The position numbers were made by a program, and so were the translations under genes. From Stylophora pistillata (taxonomy: Eukaryota), in assembly GCF_002571385.2 (NCBI RefSeq), contig NW_019217785.1:838859-902858 (forward strand): DNA of 64,000 nt, written 5' to 3'. How positions within the stretch are numbered: the first letter of the stretch is position 1; each line of letters starts with the position of its first letter. The notes under the pieces were generated by a model. It was not told where the DNA came from and did no database searches. It saw only the letters and a program-made list of their open reading frames with translations. Shown here piece after piece: positions 27,501 through 40,152 of this stretch.

Positions 27501-29195
27501 TTATGTAAGAGAGACCCTGGGCGCCTTCAGTAGTATATATTTCTCAAGATCCTTGAACCGCTTGACGTAAAAGCTGGTGACACCCTGCAAATCTTTCATG
27601 ACGTAGGTCTGTAACTCACGTGTTGTTTGATTGATGTAGGTTAGAGTAGACTTACCCTCCTCCCCTTCAGTTTCTTTAATGAGTAACCCTGAGCACAAGT
27701 GTTCTTTCCTATTGTACTCTGGGTATGGGGGTAGTGTTGTCAGTACTACTGACCGGTAGGCGATGGTGAAGTGGTCTCTGCCATCACAAGGAGCCCTGCG
27801 TGACACTAGGAGCACTACGTCATCTGGTTTTGTTGCGTTATGCATCTTGTTCTGTAGTACCATGTGGAGTATCTCATCATCGTCATCAACGACTTTTATC
27901 ACTTGAACTTTAATCAAAAGAGGATCCCATTCTTTGCGGGCTTTCTCATTCCTCAGCAAAGTGAAAATAACTTCAGCCGGGAGGTGTATAGAGTACGAGG
28001 CCTTTACACACAGATGGTTGCCGCTTTCACACTTGGAGAGCGTGACTCCTTTAGATGATTGCACCTCTTGCCATTTTGTTAGCTGGTACAGTTTCACCAG
28101 AGCCTCTATGTTGTTAAAGTTAAGCAATTGACTAATGCACTGGTTCCAAGGTATGGCAATCACAGGACCAACAGATTTGCGGATTTGCTCACGCTCAAAG
28201 CGCAGGCGTTTTCTAGCCATAGCTTCAAATGCTCGCCGTTTTTGTTCGTCCGTCTCCATCATTAACCTGGGTAACATTTTCAAGTCTCCCCTGCCGTCAG
28301 TGCGCCGTGGGGCTGCAAAAATCAGGAACGCACTGTTTACGTGTCGCACCTCACCACCAATGGAGTAAGCTTCTACTCTACATCCCACCTCCATATGAAC
28401 GTCATACGTGTTGTTCACCATCGTTTTGATGACCACCCTATCTCCCACCTTAATGGGTCCGCGGAACTTGACCTCGTCGACTGCTTCCAACTGTGGGTGA
28501 GATCGACACAAGCGAGTAGCTGTGATGGTGCAGGCAGCTACCATCCACGCCATGATTTGACCCCCGAAAGCTGTTTGATGATGGTTTGCATGAGGAGGAA
28601 GAACTAGCTCTACACTTTCTAACGAGGTATTGACAGGTGCAATCTCTCCGTTAGAGCGGGTCTCACTCTCCGGTGTGTACATTTCATTGTCATGCTGGTC
28701 ATTCTGCTTTTTAGCAAGCTCTCTCAGGTTGACTGGGTACTGAATACGCATTCTCCTCCTCTCGTTGGCGAGAGCGTATTGAGATTTCTCTTCCTCTGTG
28801 AAAGGCACCACGGGGGTCAATTGCTGTTTTTGGTGATTCTTATCCAAGGCTACGAAAGTAAAGAAAGCCTTACAAACATTTCGTATCTCGCCGCTAAGCA
28901 GGTCTTCAACTCGTATCCTTACTCCAACTTCCATACTTGTATGGAAAGCACGATTTACTCGCGCAGTGATGTTAACTACTTGACCAACATAAATTTGTTG
29001 GTCAAAATAGAGTTCGTCCATGGAGGCGGTCACACAAGAAGTTCGAGCGTGTTTCTCAGCCGACAGACAAGCTGCTGCGTCCATCCACTTCAGCAGCTGT
29101 CCACCACTGAGGCAGTGTTCTTGTCGCTCGTTTGTATGCGAAGGAAGCACGAGCTGATTCATTTCGACTTCGGTAATATTCTTGTAGGAGTCCAT
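27501..29195 (-). CDS. Acyl-CoA thioesterase 11/12-like (two hotdog domains + START domain), intronless CDS, 564 aa
   Basis: Hotdog motifs VLPSHTN...GGQLLKWMD and VLPPHANHHQTAFGGQIMAWM. START-like C-terminus (RKEWDP, DVVLLVSRR, IAYRSV). Confidence 0.92.
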   Translation of the reverse strand: MDSYKNITEVEMNQLVLPSHTNERQEHCLSGGQLLKWMDAAACLSAEKHARTSCVTASMDELYFDQQIYVGQVVNITARVNRAFHTSMEVGVRIRVEDLLSGEIRNVCKAFFTFVALDKNHQKQQLTPVVPFTEEEKSQYALANERRRMRIQYPVNLRELAKKQNDQHDNEMYTPESETRSNGEIAPVNTSLESVELVLPPHANHHQTAFGGQIMAWMVAACTITATRLCRSHPQLEAVDEVKFRGPIKVGDRVVIKTMVNNTYDVHMEVGCRVEAYSIGGEVRHVNSAFLIFAAPRRTDGRGDLKMLPRLMMETDEQKRRAFEAMARKRLRFEREQIRKSVGPVIAIPWNQCISQLLNFNNIEALVKLYQLTKWQEVQSSKGVTLSKCESGNHLCVKASYSIHLPAEVIFTLLRNEKARKEWDPLLIKVQVIKVVDDDDEILHMVLQNKMHNATKPDDVVLLVSRRAPCDGRDHFTIAYRSVVLTTLPPYPEYNRKEHLCSGLLIKETEGEEGKSTLTYINQTTRELQTYVMKDLQGVTSFYVKRFKDLEKYILLKAPRVSLT

Positions 29196-30384
29196 TGCTG
29201 CAAATTCTAATCAAATTTGTTCTACTAAATCGTTTCCTGTTTTGTTGTGACCTCGTATCTATTCATTCAATTTAACTCTATAGGAGCCAATAACTGAGAC
29301 AAGCGAGAATACCAAAGGCGAATTCCAACTCCAGTGAGTTGGTTTTCAGTGGTTAAATGGATTTGATAAGAATGGACGTGTTTGTAAATTGAGAAATACA
29401 TGTAGTAATTTGCATATTGCGTGAGCTCATGTTGTTTTGGCTCTCAGAAAAAACGATGGCGTGACAAATCTTGGAGAATTCAAGAAAAGAGGAACAAAAC
29501 AACCAAAACATTCTCAAGCAACATACGAAACTTCACCCCGGAGACAAAAGAAAGTAACAAAATGGTCAAGGAGAACTCGCTAGGCGCTAAGATCGATTAC
29601 TTCAAATTTTAGAAAACGCAAACTAATAATTTCGTGTGATAGGTACTTTAATCATATTCAGAAAGCTTCGACAATCTCAAGCTCAAGCTCTTTCAAAACA
29701 CCTTTCTAATCTTCATCTATTTTGTTTTGTTTCTTTTTTTAAATTATTTTTCTAAATATTTGCTATTTTTTAATTTTTTGTTGTTATTTATTTTATTGTT
29801 AGTCGCAAAGGTTTGAATGAGAGTTTTGTTTGGAAAGAAGTGCGTTTGGTCACCTGTAATAATGCTCCATGCATTGCTTAGTTATTGACGTAGGGGGTCG
29901 ACAAGTCGATGTGAAACGGCTTCGTGAGAAACCCAGCATTGTTCAAAGAATCAGCTCCCTCGAAATATGCGCAATTATATTAGCTATTAACTATAATAAT
30001 CCCTACCCTTTCAGTAGAAAGATTCGAGCAACCAAACGGACCAAAATGTCACCAAAGATAAGAACAAATGTTTTAAATCCTTTTTTCTAGCTAATAATAT
30101 CTCTGGCAATGTACAAGCTGTACTTCCAAATCCACATCGTACCACCAAAAAATTATCCAATAACTCAAAAATCCATAGACATAATAATTAGTATCGATGC
30201 CCTTGAGCGCTGGCCTTACTGAGGTGCTATAAGTATGGTATGTTAAAGCAAAATAAGTAACAACCACTCGACAATATTACCCAAGCCTGAAGTAAATTAC
30301 TATCTCAGTATGATAACTGACACTCAGCGGAAAAAGGAAACATGAAATACGTGGCTCTTGGTTACTATATGAGGAATAAACCCT

Positions 30385-30459
30385 GTATAGACCATACCTA
30401 TATAGACCATACCTATATAGACCATACCTATATAGACCATACCTATATAGACCATACCT
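30385..30459. repeat. 15-bp minisatellite (tatatagaccatacc) x5
   Basis: Direct tandem repeat. It explains the spurious YRYGL-repeat ORF at 30277-30489. Confidence 0.95.
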
Positions 30460-30925
30460 CATTCCCCAGAGCCCACTAAATATCGACAATGCCGGGCTAT
30501 CGCACCTCTGATTATCAGAGAATCCGCGTTTCCCTTCAATTTGTATATTTCTTTTCTAAAAAACTTCAAAGAAATTATGCGGCGATCATTTTGAAAATGA
30601 CAGAGCGTTTCAGTAAGATGTGATGTAATTTGCAACCAATCAGAATATTTGCATCTTTATAATCGCCTAATAATATTCTAGGAAAATGTAATGCGTAAGA
30701 CGCCTGTAGATTACTATGGATACAACTGGGATAATCAAGTATGTAATATTTTATTTTTAATTCGTTCTTTTGTGTTAGAAGAATCTTTACTTCTTACATT
30801 TGCATGAAACCTATGAAGATCGTTTCTCCGGGCAATCCTGATTCAGCCCCTAATTTTTTTTTTTTATGTGATTCATTACATACAGCCAAAACAGGAGCTG
30901 TAGAAGAAACTGTAGGGGACTTTTT

Positions 30926-33900
30926 ATGGGCCACAAAACTTTGACAGAGTGGAAATATTGTCACTTTATAATGGTCATTGGTAGTTTAACCTTGCTCCTT
31001 CTGGTTGGGAGATTTTTAGAGTTTCCCTTAATGAAGACCAGTATAACAGGTAAGCTTGGCAAAGCTGCTAACTCATTAAGAAAAGGAAGTCTTTCAAAAA
31101 AGTTCACAAGTAAAGGTATAGAGTGTTAATTACATCGCTGAAAGAAAAACAAAACGCATATTCGTGCTCTTTAAAGAGTACCAACAAAGTTCCCATAGTT
31201 TGGTGGTGCTACGAATTTGAAGTTGCCATCTTTTTGAAAATTTATCAGGTTTATATTCGAAAACCTGATCGGAGGTATTGAACAAAGAAGTTAAAATCTA
31301 ATTAAAGTGGTTTTTATGTGGCCCCCCAGCGAGTTTTCGTTGCAAACTTTATCATGGATTTTTCAAGATCTAAAGATTTGCATAATTTGTAGATACAGTG
31401 GTTACTAATTCATCTTTGGATAATTTGTCCTTTTGGGCAAGAAACAATTGCCTGCAACTGCCACATCCTTGGAGACAATGACCCTGGATAAAACCTTTGA
31501 AGAGAGCCGAATAACATAAAAAAATTGTGCTAACTATCAAGGCAAGCAAACTATAATCGCAGAATTTTTAATAATTAAGTCCCCTCTATCGTTTGATCTC
31601 TCCGCCTCGTGAGGGAAGTTGATTATTTTTCGGTGAATTAGAACAGCAAATTGAAAATCAGTGGTGATGGTAACACACGCTAACAACTCAGTTAAGGGTC
31701 TTTTCATCGATAAAAAGTTTTTTTAAATTTTAATCAGTTGAGTTGAAGAATATTCCCTTGAATTAAAAAGCTTCTCTTTCAGAGTATTCCTGTATTACCT
31801 TGGAATATTCAGCGTAGCTGATCACAAATGGTCTTTATTTTAACTCTATCACTCTCCGGAGTGTTCAAGGAGTAATTTCACTTTATAATATCGATACACT
31901 GTTAAGCGGACGGGCCATGAGAATATAAAAAAAAACTGAGGTATATCACTTGATTAAAAAAAAACAAATTCTTAAGACTAATATTATAAGAAATGTAAAG
32001 TAGAAAGTAAGAAAGAGTGCTAGTTAGATTTAAGAAATGAAAGGTTCAAAGGCCCGCTAATCTTTCTTTCGAAACACGTGACGGAAGTGGAATCCAAGAG
32101 CCAACAGAAGTTGTTCAAAGCTCTTAGAAGTGCGCCACTTTTTATTCCAAGTTGTGTTGTGTACCGTTATCATACAGACTCTCTGCGTTTATTTTTTTAA
32201 AGGAATACAACACTATCAGTTTGGGGGTTCCTGAAATATACTCAGGTTCTCCATTTAAATAGTAAACATACATTCATAAAATCTTGCTTTGTACAGGACA
32301 TTTTGTCATTCACCAGCATGGGACCACAAGGAATAAAACGGTATCTATTTGTCTCTTGGTTAGGATCTCTTCTAACAATGTTTTATTTCGTGTAAATTGA
32401 CAACCTTTAGAATCATCATGAATAAGAGAAATGGGTTAAGAGCGAAACCAAACGTAGTTTTTTACTGTAGCTCTAGTCGCCATGGTGGAGGCGCTGTGGC
32501 CTCATGGTTAGTCCGCTCGACTCCGGATCGAGTGGTCAGGGTTCGAGCCCCGGCCGGGACATTGTGTTGTTCTGAGGCAAGACACTTTACTCTCACAGTG
32601 CCTCTCTTCACCCAGGTGTATAATTGGGTACCGGCAATTTAATGCTGGGGGTAACTCTGCGATGGACTGGTATCCCATCCAGGGGGGAGTAGAAATACTC
32701 CTAGTCGCTTCATGCTACAGAAACCGGAGTTAAGCACCGGCCTAATGGGCCACTAGGCTCGTCAACAGACTTAACGTTTTTACCTAGTCGCCATGACTTC
32801 GTGGCGGAAAGTAAAATTTCTCTGTCTAAAACACTAGAATACCCTCCCTAGTCTACGCTTTTCCCTTGTAACTTTCGTGGAAATTCAGCTTTAAAAGGTG
32901 ATGTGTGAAAATACTGGGCTGAAGATAATTTTCCATGCAGCTGGAGTTCTGACAGATTGTTTTGTTACTTGAAGTTGGATAATCGGACACTCAAGGTACC
33001 CTTTTTCGCGTTACCGGCTTACTTATACTATATCTATATATATATACACTTACACAAATAAGTAGTCCACATAGCACTCCTAACATTTGAACTGTTTCAG
33101 TTTCATTTTTTTTGTGTGCTCTCTGTCACACGTGAGTACTGTTTTTACTTTTGTAACAGTCAAACACAACCGTAGTGGTTAATGATATCTTCACAAGATC
33201 CGCCAAAACACAAGCAATGAGAAAGGGACTCCTGACGGATTACTGCAGGACATATTCTGGAAATCAAGAACTACCCGATAAACAACGACTTGGACAACTT
33301 CTTGTCGACGATAACAACAATTACATCTACTGCGCTGTTCCTAAGGTTGCCAGCACGACAATTAAGGGAATCTTGTTCAGTTTGCGTAATGACAGCCATA
33401 AAGTTAGGAAGTTTTCCGTGCATACGCCGAGTTTGTGGCAACACATGAGTCAGTTCAATATAACGGAAAACTCAAAACGTCTAGCGACGCATTTCAAGTT
33501 CCTCTTTGTACGTGAGCCATTTGACCGTTTACTGTCTGCCTACAAAGACAAATTCTGCGGGAATAATCGAATTTACACGAATGGTTATCGCCGAATGATA
33601 GTCCAGGCATTCAGACCTCAAGATACTGAAACAATCGGCACGACTGCTAACAACGTGACTTTCAATGAATTTCTCAGGTACATTTTAACCTATCCTGATT
33701 ACCTCATCTCTCGCGATGACCACTGGAAACAATACAGACATCTTTGTTTCCCTTGTATCATCCAATACGATTTCATCGGCCATTATGAGACGTTAGAGGA
33801 TGACGCCATTTACTTACTAAAAATGGCGGGAATTGACAACGTGGTTTTCCCGCCAATTCACTCGTCAGGAGCTGACGAAGATTTTCTCAAGTTTTACTCC

Positions 33901-34047
33901 CAAGTTCCACTCCAGCTTATTTTTAGAATAGGAGAAATTTTTAGGAAAGATTTTGAAATGTTTGGTTATTCGTTCCCTGGACCCTTGAAAGAATTACTCT
34001 CAAATTATACTCTGAATATTAACTCTGATTCTTTAAAACACAAGTAA
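30926..34047 (+). CDS. Carbohydrate sulfotransferase (CHST11/HNK-1ST family, Sulfotransfer_2), type II membrane protein; 3 exons
   Basis: Exons 30926-31049 (TM anchor), 32297-32340 and 33160-34047, with consistent phases 1 and 0. 5'-PSB YCAVPKVAST, 3'-PB FVREPFDRLLSAYKDK, and HW...LCFPC...YDFIGHYETLEDDA. Confidence 0.92.
32485..32783 (+). mobile_element. Full-length tRNA-derived SINE with CORE-like body and 12-bp target-site duplication
   Basis: A box tggcctcatgg and B box ggttcgagccc. Body ggcaagacactttactctcacagtgcctc...tgtataattggg. TSD ctagtcgccatg at 32473-32484 and 32784-32795. Confidence 0.9.
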
Positions 34048-34325
34048 GGCTATGATCCACTGATGAGTTCTACGTAGGTTACGGCGACGCGGAAAAAGAG
34101 AGCTTATTCGTAAGATTGATTAACATATTATCTTTGCTGGTATCATTTCCTGCTCCATGCATTAGGAAGTCAAACCAAACAATTGTCAAGGTTACTAAAA
34201 ATTCAAATTACATTTTTTTGTGGAGACACAGATGGCAAAGTTTCAACCGTGGAATCTTAAGGGAATTTTTTCAGGCTAACTAAAACTGGCATTTGCGATC
34301 TGTCTCGTGGATGTGGAAAATAAAG

Positions 34326-35609
34326 TCACTTCTTGAAGAAATCAGATATTATTCTCTGGTTGTTTGGTGTTGTACATTTCTTTTGATTTTTCGAGATTGG
34401 TGATGCGGGATACTTTTTCTTGGGAGAAATTAAACCTGCTCGACTTGAAGTTCGTTTGGTGGCCATACCAGACGAGCACAATTTCGACTCCTCGAGGGGT
34501 GATATGGGACGTTTGCTTTCAGACTCTCTGGACTCCATTGTAGCAAATGAGATGGTTTCAGACACCCTAACCTCGTCGCCTTTTCCAATGGCCACCGTAT
34601 CAAGTAAATCTTTCTGATTTAGAGCCGAATTTCTTGAAACGGAACTTTCCTTCTTCTGTTCGTCTGATGTTGTAGGGACTCTTGAACAGAATCGTAACAT
34701 GCCAGTGTTGGAGATCTTGCTTTTCCAATCGTAAGCCATACTTCCTATTTCCTTTGTCAAATTCTTTGAGTTAATAATCGGCTAAAAATGAACATAAACA
34801 GATGTGTCACCTGAAAAGCTCTGCGAATTTTTCCCGCATCCATTCTTATTTAAATCATTTAGCCTAGATGAGTGTTTAAATTAAGAAACCATATACTAAT
34901 TTTATCAAAAAATGGGAATTTTTCCTCAGGTAAGCTACAACTCATATACACTAGAGATAACCGAATGTAAAATAATCAGGGGAATAGGAAAAATGACTTG
35001 AAACACAAATCTCAGATCAAAAGCTCCTGACCCAACCTGATCTTCGTGATCTGTTCCCCACATAAAATAAATTGGTCCTTGTAATGAATTCTGCAATTCA
35101 GGCAAGCGTATGCGCTCTCCCCAACTGTGGATACAAAACAATTCCTTGTTTAGAGGAAGTTATGAGTGAGGTTACCACCTCTCTCGTTAAGGCAAATGCG
35201 AAACATTTTGTCTCCCCAAATTTTAAGACCCGGGATCAGATTTCTCTTTTAAGGTGAAACGCAGAAAAAAACAGAGCTCCAAAAAACTTTGGATGGAATG
35301 AGGAGAGGAAGAGGATTTGGACCACTGCTGGGCGCGTTATAACACTCATGTAAACAATTTTGATACCAAACATAGGACTACCGTAAGGAGCAAGATTCAT
35401 AAATATATTGACAAAGATAGCAACGGCTCTTACAAACCTCTTTATCTCCTCTTCACTCAATACCCGATGTTTCCCAACTCTGCGATGCACGCGGACATAA
35501 GCAAAGTCACATGAACCAAGTGCCATGATAATCGGTACCACTCCTCCACGACCAGACCCCTGCCAAAAGAAGTAATTCTTTTTCTCAGAAGACTCACGAA
35601 GATGTCCAA

Positions 35610-35642
<33 letters not shown>

Positions 35643-38600
35643 GCTCACCCCAACAAGACTTGTTATGCTTAGGATGAACACAAAAGAGTAATGAAACCTG
35701 CAAAAATTTAACAACGAAGGTAGCTGTGGGGAAACGTTTCTTTTTCAGAGTTGGTGTTTCAATGGATCAGTAGAACAATACCTCAAAGTAAGAATCTATT
35801 AAATACTTAAAAAGAAACCATAATATGTTTCCTAGTAAAATAAACGTTCTTTAAGACAAATAACTCTGCAACCTGACATGCACATGCTACTTGTAAAATA
35901 TACATGTTGCAGGTAATTTTTTTTTCTAAGGTAAATTTAATTTTTCACTTGGTACAATTTTTTAACCTAGGTAATTTTGCACCACAATATTTTTTTCACT
36001 TGCTATGGAGTAACTAACTCTTTATTTATTGATAACAATGATAGAGATATTGGATTTTGTCAAGATAAGAATATAATAATCTGAGAGAGCAAGATCTTCA
36101 CTGCAATTAGCCTGATTCTGTCAAATATACCAACAAACAATGGGATATTAAACTCCTAATAAGCATTTTTGTCTTTTCTGCTGCTCTGAGGTGAAAAGTA
36201 CTCTTCAATCACTTCTAAACTAACTGATCAATGCACAACATTATATATTATATAATAAATCACAATATATCATCTTAATCTGAGATATGTGTACCCTGAA
36301 TAACCCCACTGTAACTATCATCAACTGCATTTGAACGTCAGGATAAATAACAGTACCTTGCCTTGTCCCTCAGCTGATTTGTTCTTTTCAACATAGAGCT
36401 GTAGACAGGTTGGACAATGAATTTCAGAATACAAAAATGAAAGCATGTTATGATACATTCCCACAACGATCTTTCAAAGTTGAAACAACAAACCAAGATC
36501 TCTAATATGTCAAAGGTTGTTGTCTAACACCTGCTTAAACAACTTGTCTGAATATTTATGGTTTGCCAGATGGGAGGAGCTCTTAATACAAACTGACAGG
36601 ATTGAAGATAAACTTGAGTAAGAGGGCGCAGCTGTGGCTAGACGCAAATCACAGCGACCAAAACTATTCAGAATAAAGAGTACATGGAGAAATTTATAAA
36701 TATGACCAACTTATTTTTTGAAACATCATCCAAATAGAAAGCAAACAGTTAACTAGCAGAAATTGTAGCATAAGAAAGGCAGGTTAAGGATAAGAGAACC
36801 CTTAAGAATGATTACAAATGTTTCTCTAACCTCATTTTGCAATTCATCGGCAACTACCAAACCTTAAGTGAAAAATGATAACAGTGAATAATTGATCTTT
36901 ACCAAAAATGCCCTCTTACAATATATGCATCAGTGTGGATGGTAATTCAACAAAATTCAGGCTGCAATGGAAAAGCAACCAGGATTTAAATTTATGAGTA
37001 GAATAATAAAGTCAAAAAGTTCTAGCACCCAAACCGCTAGAACATGTCTTGGTTTCCATAGCATAGAGGGGAATTATAGAAGTACTTCTGTTGCCTATGA
37101 TGGGGCACTGATCAATCCCAAATTACCATGTATATATCTCCATCTGAACTGGCAACTCTCTGGCACTTATTTCTGGATGTATTTCAAGAAATATAGAAGC
37201 AGGATAGCAGCGTAACATAAAAGGATAGTATCATCTACATCTGAGTGAAAAACATCTCAGGTCATCAAACTCTAACCAAAGAATTCTTTGATTTCTGATC
37301 TGTCATTTATATTCATGGTCGGGGAGGGGAATTTGTGAAAGTTCAGTGTCATACATTTGTACACAACACTAGTATAGCCCAACCTAGAAACTTAGGACCT
37401 TTTGATCTAGAGTCCAACATGCTAAACATTTGGTCACCAAGATTCCCGCTTAGGAGAGGTGCTAATGTATTAAGGGCATAATAACATCTCAAAAGTACTC
37501 CCATTCTCCTCAGTTCTGGAGCAAACATTTGGTGCCATTCATTCTTCTAATTTTCTTTATTTCAAACTTCAGGTTACTGTACTCACCAATATTGTGCTTT
37601 TTCAACCAGTCCAAGGTTGTATGTAAATTCTCAGTTGTAAACCAAATTCTTGAGCGAAACTCTACAGCCATAGGATAATTTGTTTCAAGAAATTTTCTAC
37701 ACTCAATGACGTGCTCCTTATTTTCATTGGTAGGATGGAAACCTAAGTGAAACTAGAGGATGCAAAGTGATTTTATAAACAAACAAAGAGATAACTACAA
37801 AAATTGAGCTGCACATTCATTTCCCCTGTTCTTGGACGCTGCATTGTTTAGTTACATCACACTTTACACCACTGATTCAAATGGTTTTCTTTTTTGCCCT
37901 TAAATTTTTTCCCAGTTTTGATTAATTGATAAAATTGATAAGAAGACTTGGCATACATAGTTCTGTCTGTAATCATGCTTACTTTGTGTTCCTTTAATCA
38001 CTTTTTTTTTTGCAGAGCAAACTTTGGCCCCCCTTGACCCCAAAATAACAAACAATATAACATTATAAATTTCTTTGAACTCTTAGTATCATTTTCCATT
38101 CTAGCAAGATCACAAGAGAATTTAAAGAAAGTGAAAGTCAAATAAAATGTACTTTGATTTAATACAAAAATCTTAACATGCATATTTAAGGAAATATCAG
38201 GTTACTGAATGGCTTACCAACTGACTTATGTACATCTCCATTTCAATGGCATTAATTCAACACCTAATCAAAACCTGGTAAATTGTGAAAATTTCTTGGT
38301 GGATTCTTCATTTATAAATTTACAACTACTATCAACAGCCTAAATTTACAACTACTATCAACAGCCTTTATTCATTACTATCAACAGGCTCTACCTGGAA
38401 AATGACAACTCCCAATTTGTTTTTCTGATGAGCAGGTTGAAGTGCAGAGTTGAATCTGTCCCAGAGTTTCTGTTTTTGCAGAACACTTAATTCCTCCCAG
38501 GTGATTGACACTTGTCCTTTAACGACATTCTCTGGGAGCTCATCTCTGACAACATGGGGTAGTGCCAACATAGAGATTGACTGAAAAACCAAAACAGTTT

Positions 38601-39948
38601 CAGCCTATCTAATCTGTCTGAGGGTTATAACCCTAACCCTAACCCTAGCTCTAGCCATTCAAGATCTGATTGTTAATTCTCTCCTCTAGATGTTTAACAA
38701 TTCTTGTAAATTAGTTACTAGAACTTCATGTGAGATAAGATAACCTCCACCTGATAAGTTCAAGTATTCTCAGTACCTGTTTCCCGGATAATATATGGAT
38801 AACAAAGGGAGAAGTTACATGTTAATCACTTCTGAGAGTTAAAAGGTTAAATAATAAAGCTCTCACTTGTTAGTTAATTTAGCAACATAAATTTATGAGC
38901 TCAAAATCTTTTACTGTGCAAGTCAAGTCTTGTTAATTCTTGGAAAACCAGAAGCTCAAAGATGTTAGAGTTAAAACCCTGACTCAGAAGTGTAAAGGGA
39001 CTAAAATGTTTTAATCCCTGTGAATTAAGAACCGACCCATTACAAGATCCAATTTATCAGTCAGTGAATCCATCTATTCCCCTTGATGAAGTAATATACT
39101 GTATCTTGCTCGAGAACCCAATTGAATAGCCACTACCAAGTTTGAAATAAAAAATTTTTCATGCCGAGTCAGAATATTGGATATTAGGCCACCATGTGAT
39201 GTGTGTCATTTCATTTCAAGTATTCTTACAATACATGGAAGATGTTTGGTCTGGTGGTCAGCACAATGAATTCATCAGCATAAGCCCAGTAGCCCAGTTA
39301 TTACATCATGTTATCAAATAACCTGCATGACCCTGCATGTGCTCTCATTCCAAATGATTATATAAAAATCCTGTTTAAGGGGCAATTAATGTAGCTCAAG
39401 GCAGGGGGTTAGTAAGCCCCATGGTCCAGTGCACAACTCCACAAGATACAAAATAGGATCCCATCAGGAGAAGTAAAAATACTTACATCATCACAAATCT
39501 TCTGCCCAAGGTAATAAATTTGTTGGAAAAGAATCATGACATTAAAGGCTTCCATTGCCTCCCCCCCCCCTACCCTGCCCATCTCCAAACTCCATCCAGT
39601 TGTAGTGATACCTCACTGTAAAATTAGTTCTAAAAAAGATTTTCTCAAAAATTCAACCTCTAATGTAACTCTTACCTTTCTTGTAAATAACCCAAATGCT
39701 TTGAAGTGGAACCTAAAACCCGTCGGTACACACTTCAGCCATTTCTCCACTGTTATTGGACTAGGAATCGCATAGTTACTCGTGTCGCATTCCACACAAG
39801 GGAAGAATCTGGAATAATGCAGTAAACGGTCCGCTGTTGTCTTAACTGAAGCTGGATAAAACCTTCCGCATTTTACAATAGACGAATCCGACCAACCACA
39901 AGTTCCTTGGAGAACTTTCCCCGCGAGATCAGCATCATTCCCCGCCAT
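34326..39948 (-). CDS. DUF72 (UPF0759, YecE/YunF-like TIM-barrel) protein with a disordered C-tail and terminal PIP box; 8 exons, about 454 aa
   Basis: Exons 39948-39676, 38580-38395, 37752-37587, 36862-36831, 36398-36357, 35559-35438, 35124-35037 and 34781-34326; all GT-AG and frame-consistent. DUF72 motifs GTCGWS, FYP, RLLHYSRFFPCVECDTSNYAIP, W...P.GFRFHFKA, LGVVIFQF, AVEFRSRIW, LVVADE and AYVRVHRR. Confidence 0.88.
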
Positions 39949-40152
39949 TTTCTTTCTAGTACCCAGTCTCTGTATCAGTCTCTCTTTGACGAATGTAACT
40001 GGAGCATTGGGGAGAAACTTGATTCCAATATGGTAGACGCACAGTGTTGTTCAGGTCTAGTTATCATGTCGCCAGTTATTGTGAAAAGTTAGTCCCAAAG
40101 ATCCAGTGATAAAATTCAGAAGCCTGGATTTTTGGTTTTGAATTATTCCCCG
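39949..40152. promoter_or_regulatory. Probable bidirectional promoter DUF72 / GORAB
   Basis: Divergent ATGs 204 bp apart. CCAAT at about 40025 (+) and cattgg at about 40005. Confidence 0.6.

Noticed and set aside
27864-29210. Plus-strand ORFs overlapping ACOT, and similar antisense ORFs over the TRIM-like, KIFBP and RT regions
   Set aside because: Antisense shadows of real coding sequence with no recognisable motifs.
30277-30489. ORF with YRYGL repeats
   Set aside because: Translation of a 15-bp minisatellite; no coding evidence.
36620-36665. Alternative DUF72 exon (VLVAVICV)
   Set aside because: Runs into a stop with no good donor. Exon 36862-36831 (GLVVADELQNE) fits both phase and the family motif.
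38628-38648. (TAACCC)3 telomere-like repeat
   Set aside because: Only three units, adjoining a TTAACCC-type MITE end; too short to call an interstitial telomere.
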